Source: a virus (Duplodnaviria; Caudoviricetes). From it: 30,002 nucleotides of DNA. Below the pieces are notes generated by a model that worked only from the letters and a program-made list of their open reading frames with translations, did no database searches and was not told where the DNA came from. The position numbers and the translations under genes were made by a program. The stretch lies in IMG/VR virus record IMGVR_UViG_3300048072_000107, positions 1 through 30,002 of that record; one strand, given 5' to 3'. Shown one piece after another: positions 9,463 to 16,057 of the stretch. Each line of letters starts with the position of its first letter. Position 1 is the stretch's first letter.

Positions 9463-9734
9463 ACTGGAAGAAATACTGCAGGCCGCTGTACTCGCGCAAG
9501 TTCCGGCTGGGCCTGGCCGGCATCGTCGTCATCGTCGCATCGGACTGGTTCAACGTGCACCTCAGCGAGGCCCAGATCTACGGCATTCTGGGCATCATCG
9601 CAGTGCTCATCGGCGGAACGGCCGTCGAGGATGCCGCCCTGAAGGTGGGCTCGACGCCCGAACAGTGGGATGCGCATCTGGCCAAAGAAGCCATGAAGCC
9701 GCGCTCCGCGCAGAGCAGTGATACGGCGTCCTAG
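9459..9734 (+). CDS. Holin-like two-TM protein
   Basis: ATGA overlap; SRKF motif followed by two hydrophobic helices and a charged tail. Confidence 0.65.
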   Translation: MNWKKYCRPLYSRKFRLGLAGIVVIVASDWFNVHLSEAQIYGILGIIAVLIGGTAVEDAALKVGSTPEQWDAHLAKEAMKPRSAQSSDTAS

Positions 9735-9800
9735 AGCCTGGGGCCTGGCGCCCGAGGCGTGATTGTGGATTGACCGGCAAATGAAAGGACCGGTGAGGTT

Positions 9801-10289
9801 ATGAATGGACGGACGATCAACTGGGCCGCACTGCTGGGCGGGCTCTATGCCCTGCTGAGCAGCGGGGCGGTGTGCACCACCAGCGGAGGGTGCAGCGGGG
9901 AGTACCTGACGGGCCGGATCGAGCCGACCACGCAGGCCACGTTCGACCCGACGACGGGGAAGGTGACCTTCAAAGACACGAAGGACAACGACTTCATCGT
10001 CGAGGATCTGACGAGCACGGCGGTAGATGGCAAACTCACGTCGTTCAACGTGAAAAAGCTGCAGCTGACGAACAGCTCGCGGACCGTAATCGGCGCTGAC
10101 GCTGACCGCATGGACAAGATTCTCGCGGCGCAGCAGATGCAGTTCGATCATCTGAACCGCGTCAGCGACAACCTCGTGAAGATCTTCGACAAGCTCGCGG
10201 TGGTGGCTGAGGCGTACATCGGCAAGCTGCCCGCCCCGGCAGCCGGCGTGAGTCTGCCGGCGGGGATCATTGTTCCGACCGGGCCCTAG
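9801..10289 (+). CDS. Probable lipoprotein/exported protein in the lysis region
   Basis: GAGG RBS; hydrophobic N-terminus ending GAVC..SGGC; beta-rich middle and helical C-terminus. Confidence 0.65.
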   Translation: MNGRTINWAALLGGLYALLSSGAVCTTSGGCSGEYLTGRIEPTTQATFDPTTGKVTFKDTKDNDFIVEDLTSTAVDGKLTSFNVKKLQLTNSSRTVIGADADRMDKILAAQQMQFDHLNRVSDNLVKIFDKLAVVAEAYIGKLPAPAAGVSLPAGIIVPTGP

Positions 10290-10308
10290 CGAAAGGGGGT
10301 GATCTGAA

Positions 10309-10343
10309 CAGGCTGCCGGCTGCAGGCTGTAGGCTGCAGGACT
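10309..10343. repeat. 7-bp tandem repeat tract
   Basis: CAGGCTG CCGGCTG CAGGCTG TAGGCTG CAGG. Confidence 0.8.
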
Positions 10344-10381
10344 GGGGATGCGGGACGAAGGTTTAACCAGGAGAATCACCC

Positions 10382-10582
10382 ATGGGTGAGAAATCGATTC
10401 AGCAGATCACGATGAACCAGCTCGCGGGTGCCGTCGAGCAGGCCAAGCAGGTGGCCATTGCGCGGAAGCTCGCCGATCTGGAGAGCGCGTGCGACAAGTT
10501 CAAAGACCTGCTGCAGCACGCCCTGCGCGTCGACGAGACGCTGCGCACGGAGCTGCTCGAGGCAGAGCCGACAGTAGGATGA
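10382..10582 (+). CDS. Small helical hypothetical protein, last gene of the late operon
   Basis: AGGAG RBS, 66 aa, GC-biased third codon positions. Confidence 0.7.
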   Translation: MGEKSIQQITMNQLAGAVEQAKQVAIARKLADLESACDKFKDLLQHALRVDETLRTELLEAEPTVG

Positions 10583-10615
10583 GCGGGCCGCCGGCCCGCC
10601 GAGCGTTGTTGTGGG

Positions 10616-10654
10616 GGCCCCCGGGTTTAAGTTCGCGCTACCCGGGGGTCTTTT
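10616..10654 (+). terminator. Rho-independent terminator of the late operon
   Basis: Stem GGCCCCCGGGT / ACCCGGGGGTC followed by TTTT; lies between convergent genes. Confidence 0.7.
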
Positions 10655-10694
10655 CATTAGGCTGCGAGCTCTGGATCAGGCCTTTGGGCGCGAG

Positions 10695-11498
10695 TTATTT
10701 GTTCTCCCCCAGCAGCGCCATGCCCTGGTTGTACGATTCGCGAGCGGCCTTCCAGCTATCCTGAATCAATTTGTCGTATAGGGCATCGCTGTCGTATTTG
10801 ATTTTGCTCTGCCAACTGTCCAGAGCCTGGCTGAGAGAGAAGATCGACAGCTTAAATGAGACCAGGCTGTCGTAGTGCAGACCGTTCAGTGACGCCTCGA
10901 TCTTATTCAGTTCAAAGTTCGCCTCTCCAACCAAGCGTTGATATTCAGCATAGTTGACCCCGGTCTCGATCACGGAGAGGACGTGGAGAATGGAGGTAGT
11001 CAGGTTGCTGGCGGACTGCTTGTAGGTTCCGTAGAACTCCTGGGCCTTTTTTGCGGCCGACTCCCTTTCGCGTTGCTCGCGGAGGAGTCGTTCAACCTCG
11101 GCAGCCTCTGCGGCTTTCGCCCGGGCAACGTCTTCTTTACGCCTTCGATCTGCGGCCTCTGCGGCTGCAATCCGCGATTGTTCCGCCTGGATCTGTTCTT
11201 TTCCGAGGCTGCGATACTTGGTCAGCAGAGGCTGAATATCTACTGCCACGCTTTCGTTTTCGAGACGGTTTTTCGAGCACAGGGACGCCGCCTTTTCGGC
11301 ATGGCCAACGGCGGAAATGTAGTTTTTCCCAGATGCCGATGTGGCGGCCAAGTCCATTAGCTTGGCAACCTCTTTCCGGGCTTCAGTGCGGGCTAGTTCA
11401 ACGCGTCGAAGGCTGGCACGATGGCTGATCAGCAGCACAATCAGGGCCACCATGATGGTGATGGATACACCAATCATCCACTGCATCCAGCGGGGCAT
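10695..11498 (-). CDS. Membrane-anchored helical protein (lysogeny-expressed moron candidate)
   Basis: N-terminal TM WMIGVSITIMVALIVLLI, coiled coil, visibly lower GC; downstream of the putative repressor on the same strand. Confidence 0.75.
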   Translation of the reverse strand: MPRWMQWMIGVSITIMVALIVLLISHRASLRRVELARTEARKEVAKLMDLAATSASGKNYISAVGHAEKAASLCSKNRLENESVAVDIQPLLTKYRSLGKEQIQAEQSRIAAAEAADRRRKEDVARAKAAEAAEVERLLREQRERESAAKKAQEFYGTYKQSASNLTTSILHVLSVIETGVNYAEYQRLVGEANFELNKIEASLNGLHYDSLVSFKLSIFSLSQALDSWQSKIKYDSDALYDKLIQDSWKAARESYNQGMALLGENK

Positions 11499-11723
11499 GT
11501 TGAGATCCTCTCAGGGTAAATCCTGATCTTGAATTGGGCCGAACGAATTGCTAACTTATCGGCACGATCCTGCGAAGGATGCCAGCCAAGTTGCCCGGAC
11601 CGTGGCCAGGGAATCGTGCCGCAAGGATGCGCCGGCCGGGTAACTCATTCCGAAGGGCACAGGCCATGGCCCGCAGCAGCAGCGTTTCCCGCAAGTCTCG
11701 CAAGTCGATATTGATTGAGCAGA

Positions 11724-12095
11724 TCACTTTTTTGCTGAACGATCTCGACGAGCCGTTTGTTGAGGGGATGCTGGAAGGTCTTCTTCGACGAACTTCCTGC
11801 CCTCATCCTTGCGAAGGGCCGCGGCTGATTTTTGTCGCGCCGCAAGGCGCTCGGCCGCAAGCCGCGCCTCCGTTCCAAAAACCCGCCTGAGGATTTCCCA
11901 CCGCCGCTCATCGTTTGATTCCGCCCACTCCTGGACGGATGCCATGATCACGTCGGTTATTCGGACCCTGAGCTGCGCGTCAGACATCCCATCCACAATT
12001 GCCTGAATGTGCTTCTTGAAAGCGGGCCCGCACTTGGCGGCGATGGTTTCCGGTTCAACGCCAGGCTCTATTTTTTTTCTAGCCACGTAAACCAT
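11724..12095 (-). CDS. Putative repressor, ribbon-helix-helix-like (start uncertain, 12086-12116)
   Basis: Divergent from the early operon; ETIAAKC strand, helix PAFKKHIQAIVDGM, helix ITDVIMASVQEW. Confidence 0.5.
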   Translation of the reverse strand: MVYVARKKIEPGVEPETIAAKCGPAFKKHIQAIVDGMSDAQLRVRITDVIMASVQEWAESNDERRWEILRRVFGTEARLAAERLAARQKSAAALRKDEGRKFVEEDLPASPQQTARRDRSAKK

Positions 12096-12127
12096 TGTCG
12101 CGTCAAGCCTTATCACACATCAAGGCA

Positions 12128-12195
12128 TACGATTGTTATGTATTTGTGTTACGATCGTTTGACAATCGTAAAACGTGTGTCATATTCATTACGAT
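12128..12195. promoter_or_regulatory. Immunity operator/promoter region
   Basis: AT-rich; TTGACA 12159-12164 and TG-T-CATATT 12178-12186; inverted repeat TACGATTGT 12128-12136 / ACAATCGTA 12162-12170; further TACGAT at 12150 and 12190. Confidence 0.7.
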
Positions 12196-12385
12196 GACTA
12201 CCGAAACCAAGCGGATCACTGCGGTCGACGTTCCCATTGAAGCCGTTGATGCGTTGCGTCCACACGCGGTTCGCGCAGGGATCGGTTGCACAAACTCTGA
12301 TGTGCTCAAATTTGCCGTTGTCGAGCTTGAACGCCGCATTCGCGAAGAGCAAGCTCAACCATCGGCTCCCCAACGCACAAGTTAA
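12194..12385 (+). CDS. Cro-position regulator, ribbon-helix-helix-like, probably leaderless
   Basis: 63 aa; ITAVDVP strand, EAVDALRPHAVRAG helix, TNSDVLKFAV helix; ATG about 8 nt after the -10 box. Confidence 0.6.
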   Translation: MTTETKRITAVDVPIEAVDALRPHAVRAGIGCTNSDVLKFAVVELERRIREEQAQPSAPQRTS

Positions 12386-12522
12386 CGAACCCAGTCTCTG
12401 CGGCGCGTGATAAATCACAGGATCTTTTAGAACCGGCAAGGATGCAGGTGATGAGAATGGACACGCCCACGCGGCCCGTTGAAATTACTGCTACAGCCGA
12501 GAGCCTAGAGCCGAGAGCCTCA

Positions 12523-13142
12523 TTCACGGTGGCCCGTCGCCGGCAACCCGGGGTTTTGCCATGCGCCTCCCGGGCAGCTCTTCAGGGTTCGATCGGCGCA
12601 GCCCGCATCTCGTCCATGGGTGCGGGTTCGGCCACCGTGGAACAGGCTCCGGGCTGCAGACTGCAGACTGCAGTCTTAATTCACAATTCTCAGGCCTCAA
12701 GCCTGATTCAACCGCAGACTACATGTGAAGGTGAAGGGAAAAGCCGGTCCGGGTCCGTGGCCGGTGTACCGAAGGGCAGGGTGACTGCAGTTCCTGGCTC
12801 TGAGGGAGTGATCCGCGTCCACATGCAGCCGGCCATTGCCGGCCGCCGATCGGTGGGAACGGGGAACGGCCACGTATTTTCCAAGGGGATGGGGCCCGGG
12901 AAGGCGCCGCACGGGAACGTAACCGCAGGGAGCCCGGGCCCCCAGAGTGTTCGCGCGGCGGGCGGTTTCGCAACATCCAGCCCGATCTTGTGTAAGCCCG
13001 CCGCGCGGCAATTTTTTGCCATTGTTCACCGGCCGGCGAGCGGACGAGGTCGGTCCGCGTGGTCCGCCGCCGGCCGGTTTTTGTCGAAGCTTACCTCCCT
13101 CTCCGCGCGCCGGGGCCGACCGCGCAACAGTGCCCCGGCGCG
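12523..13142 (+). ncRNA. Candidate structured leader/non-coding RNA (six consecutive stem domains)
   Basis: Perfect 8-12 bp closing stems at 12525/12639, 12756/12874, 12891/12942, 12952/13007, 13028/13078, 13106/13142; no convincing protein. Confidence 0.45.
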
Positions 13143-13239
13143 ACCTCATGACGGAAGGCACGAAGGGAATTCCGCAGGTCCCAAGTCTCAAGTCTCAAGT
13201 CCTGACCTGCCCCTCGTCGTTCTCGGGCAGGGTTCATTC

Positions 13240-13584
13240 ATGCGTGACGCCACCGCGGCGGTCCGCAGCGATGGGCGCTGCGCCCTGATGGTGTTCGCAC
13301 TGCTCGCCGGCGTGGCGTTCGTCGCAGCGCAGATGGGCGACGACGAGACGGCGCCGCACCTGACGCTGGGGGGAGCGGGCCTCATCGTGATTCTTTTTGC
13401 TGGTGGCATCGTTGTCATGAGCATTCTGCAATGGGCCTGGCGGAAGTGGTTTAAGAGAGACCGCGTGTCGCCGTATCGCGAAACTCCCGGTCAACGAATT
13501 GCGATCGATCACGCGGAGCCGCGGGTTTCCTATCACGACTTCTATGGCACAGGGCCCGAGCAGTGGCCACCGGAAAGTGTCTGA
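13240..13584 (+). CDS. Two-TM membrane protein
   Basis: Protein-like C-terminal part of track ORF 12442..13584; two hydrophobic helices followed by WRKWFKR. Confidence 0.6.
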   Translation: MRDATAAVRSDGRCALMVFALLAGVAFVAAQMGDDETAPHLTLGGAGLIVILFAGGIVVMSILQWAWRKWFKRDRVSPYRETPGQRIAIDHAEPRVSYHDFYGTGPEQWPPESV

Positions 13585-13642
13585 TCGATTTAACCGGCGG
13601 AGCGTTTTCGCCGGAGCCCGGGCTTCAGCAACCCGGGCATAT

Positions 13643-13715
13643 CGCGCCCTGGAGCAACTGGTAGCTCGCCAGGCTCATAACCTGGAAGTTCCGGGTTCGA
13701 ATCCCGGGGGCGCTA
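13643..13715 (+). tRNA. tRNA-Met(CAT), initiator (fMet) type, CCA not encoded
   Basis: Cloverleaf: acceptor CGCGCCC/GGGCGCT with C1:U72 mismatch, D-stem GAGC/GCTC (A11:U24), anticodon stem CCAGG/CCTGG with loop CTCATAA, T-arm CCGGG TTCGAAT CCCGG. Confidence 0.92.
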
Positions 13716-13722
13716 ATCGAAA

Positions 13723-13750
13723 CAGCACTGCTCGCAGAGCAGTGGCACAC
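13723..13750. repeat. REP-like palindromic repeat, copy 1
   Basis: CAGCACTGCTCGCAGAGCAGTGGCACAC; hairpin CACTGCTC-GCA-GAGCAGTG. Confidence 0.85.
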
Positions 13751-13785
13751 GCAACGATAGCCCCATTTCGAAAGGACTTTTCAAC

Positions 13786-13851
13786 ATGTTCCTGTCAATC
13801 GCATTGATCGTGCTGGTGTGGCTGGGCTTCATCGATCAGATCCCCGCGTGA
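13786..13851 (+). CDS. 21-aa hydrophobic peptide MFLSIALIVLVWLGFIDQIPA
   Basis: GAAAGGA 9 nt upstream; single TM-length hydrophobic helix; below the ORF track cutoff. Confidence 0.45.
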   Translation: MFLSIALIVLVWLGFIDQIPA

Positions 13852-13915
13852 ACACGTCATGTTCGAACCCATCGACCACTTGACCGACCTATGCACCAGT
13901 GAAAGGGAGACACCC

Positions 13916-14110
13916 ATGATCACGGCCCAACGACTGGCGAACGATCCACAACTGGCCGCCGAGCTGCGTATTGACCGCGGCCGGCTGCGCGTGGAAGAGG
14001 ACCTCGACTCCGATCGCGAGTACCTGGTCAACCTGCACATCGCCGACGAGGTACTTGCGGCGGATCCTGACGACGAGGACACCGAGACCGACGTCGGCGG
14101 AAGCGACTGA
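13916..14110 (+). CDS. Small acidic protein
   Basis: AAGGGAG RBS; 19 Asp/Glu in 64 aa. Confidence 0.65.
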   Translation: MITAQRLANDPQLAAELRIDRGRLRVEEDLDSDREYLVNLHIADEVLAADPDDEDTETDVGGSD

Positions 14111-14388
14111 TGGCGCGCGGCGATCCAACGGCGGAAGAGCTGGCGCTGTGGGCGCAGGCTCCCGCTGGATGGGCGGTCAATGAGCACATTTGCAGACAAC
14201 TGGGATTGCCGATTGAGGACCGCAGAGCGAAGGCGCCGAGCGAAACAACTCCGGCCCATGCCGTGGAAGTTCAAGCGGCAAGCACCCGGTCGATGCGAGC
14301 ATTGCGGACTCGAGCACGCATTCACGGCGGCGATGTGCCGGCAAATCAGCGACCCGGCGGCGATCGAATCATGCCGCCGAGTGTGTGA
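14110..14388 (+). CDS. Hypothetical protein (overlaps the next ORF in another frame)
   Basis: TGATG coupling to the upstream gene; N-terminal half is protein-like. Confidence 0.35.
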   Translation: MARGDPTAEELALWAQAPAGWAVNEHICRQLGLPIEDRRAKAPSETTPAHAVEVQAASTRSMRALRTRARIHGGDVPANQRPGGDRIMPPSV

Positions 14389-14545
14389 GCACATGCTGAC
14401 CATCAGCACGCCGGGGACGGACGAGCGCCTGGCTTTTCTCAAGCGGGCGATGGCCATCGCATCGGCCAACAAGGATCGGGATGTGTCAGTGTCTCCAATC
14501 GGCGCTCCGCGAGCGCCGCGGGCGAACGTAGCTCAAAAGGTCTGA
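14180..14545 (+). CDS. Hypothetical Cys/His-motif protein
   Basis: CEHC..EH....C pattern, 121 aa. Confidence 0.5.
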   Translation: MSTFADNWDCRLRTAERRRRAKQLRPMPWKFKRQAPGRCEHCGLEHAFTAAMCRQISDPAAIESCRRVCEHMLTISTPGTDERLAFLKRAMAIASANKDRDVSVSPIGAPRAPRANVAQKV

Positions 14546-14734
14546 CGGCTTACAGAGCGAGCCGCATCGGATCTCGCGCTAAAGGGACTTTCGGCTGGGC
14601 GGTGCCGGTGGCCAACGAAGGCCAGCAGCGAGTGGAACGTGAGTTATGGCGCGGAACACGATCTGAAGCGGCACGGAGGCCGCCGGCACGCCCGCTGAAG
14701 GTCGGAACGGACTCAGCAACGAAGGGAATCGAAC

Positions 14735-15124
14735 ATGCCCAAGCAATTCGTAGTGAAGAACCTGCAGGACCTGGAGAACGGCAAGGTGGCTTTGGCCATC
14801 AACAAGGCCCTGCAGCGATGCGTCGAGGATGTGAAGGACAGGCCCAACGAAAAGAAGGCCCGCAAGGTCCTGGCGCAGTTCGAGCTGACCCCAAAACTGG
14901 AGAAGGACAGCGGCGTTCTCGAGGAAGTCGAGGTTGTTATCCATGTCCGCGAACGCGTGCCCGACCGGCGCAGCCGCATCTATCCGATGGTGCCGGCGAG
15001 CGACGGCATGCTGCTGTTCGAACCGACCAGCCCGGACAACCCGCGGCAAGGCGGTCTGCCCTACAGAGAGCAGGAGCCGGCCGAAACCGTGGACGCAGAC
15101 ATCGACGAGGACGCGGACGAGTAA
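14735..15124 (+). CDS. Conserved phage protein (YfdP-like partner of the next gene)
   Basis: LQDLENGKV..AINKAL..CVEDV.DRP..KKARKV...FELTP pattern; AAGGGA RBS. Confidence 0.6.
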   Translation: MPKQFVVKNLQDLENGKVALAINKALQRCVEDVKDRPNEKKARKVLAQFELTPKLEKDSGVLEEVEVVIHVRERVPDRRSRIYPMVPASDGMLLFEPTSPDNPRQGGLPYREQEPAETVDADIDEDADE

Positions 15125-15130
15125 GCGATT

Positions 15131-15158
15131 CAGCACTGCTCGCAGAGCAGTGGCACAC
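15131..15158. repeat. REP-like palindromic repeat, copy 2
   Basis: 28/28 identical to 13723..13750; followed by a 7-bp repeat tract at 15163-15190. Confidence 0.85.
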
Positions 15159-15216
15159 AGAGCTATGGCCTGCAGCCTAGAGCCTGCAGCCTAACTTAAC
15201 GACGGAGCGTTAAACC

Positions 15217-16029
15217 ATGAGCGAGCCACAATCAGGGCTGAGAGAGCTGGTCAGTTTTGTACGTGAGCAGGCTATCAAGGACCTGGAGCCGAAGTTTGTC
15301 GGCATCCCCGGCGGTCCTCCGCACGTGCAGTTTGAGCGCACGCCGACGGGCCTGGTGCCCATCAAGGTGGAGCCGCATCCGCGGTCGATCCAACTGGCCC
15401 GCATCACCGACTTGGTGGAGCTGGCCAAGGCGCCACCGAAAGACCTGCCGGGCGGATGGGACGGTCATGCGGCCATCTTCCTGGAGACGGAGCGGGTCAC
15501 GCTGGTTTTCGACATGCGCAACCGCCGCGAGCGGGCCCATGTGGAGCTGGCGTTCAGCGACGAGATGGCGTTTTTTCAGGAACGCTGCGACGCCCCGGCC
15601 ATCAGCATCGACAACCTGCGCACCGCGATGCGGCTGGTGCTGACCAAGTGCGGCATATCGCCCGTGCTCATCGAGCAGGTCAGCAAGCTGGAGATCAACA
15701 CGCAGGGCTCGTTCGCCAAGCAGGTTGGGCGCGGGACCGAGAGCATGGGGCAGTCGATCAATCAGGCCGTGGCCAGCGCCGTGACGCTGCCTGATGAGCG
15801 GCAGACGTTTCAGGTCCGGGTCTATGAGAACGAGGACCTGGACATACGGTTTCCGCTGGAGTGCATCCTCGATCCTGATGCCGCGCACCGGCAGTGGATC
15901 CTCAAGCCCATCGCCGACAGCATGAGCGAGCTTTACCGCTCGACCATGGATGTGATCGAGGTCGGCCGCTTGCGGAAGGAATTGCACGAGACAGGCATTC
16001 CGATCTATCGCGGGTCCGTGCTGGTGTAG
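15217..16029 (+). CDS. Conserved phage protein (YfdQ/DUF2303-like)
   Basis: 270 aa, GGAG RBS, ends GIPIYRG; size and pairing with the upstream gene resemble YfdP/YfdQ. Confidence 0.5.
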   Translation: MSEPQSGLRELVSFVREQAIKDLEPKFVGIPGGPPHVQFERTPTGLVPIKVEPHPRSIQLARITDLVELAKAPPKDLPGGWDGHAAIFLETERVTLVFDMRNRRERAHVELAFSDEMAFFQERCDAPAISIDNLRTAMRLVLTKCGISPVLIEQVSKLEINTQGSFAKQVGRGTESMGQSINQAVASAVTLPDERQTFQVRVYENEDLDIRFPLECILDPDAAHRQWILKPIADSMSELYRSTMDVIEVGRLRKELHETGIPIYRGSVLV

Positions 16030-16057
16030 CTGTGCGTTCTGATTCGAGGGGCATCGG

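Noticed and set aside
9420-10379. 319-aa minus-strand ORF and similar long antisense ORFs (5376, 8444, 15232, 17573)
   Set aside because: They overlap well-supported + strand genes on the opposite strand and have shadow-like composition
12780-12860. Hammerhead or other self-cleaving ribozyme in the structured leader
   Set aside because: CTGAGGGA is not followed by a correctly placed GAAA core, and I could not build a known ribozyme fold by eye
12442-13239. N-terminal 266 codons of the 380-aa ORF
   Set aside because: Runs through heptamer repeats and GC hairpins with low-complexity R/G/A/P composition; only the part from 13240 looks like a protein
13643-13715. tRNA as prophage attachment site
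   Set aside because: It lies mid-operon about 15 kb from the integrase, with no duplicated 3' fragment in the window; att is expected beyond 30002
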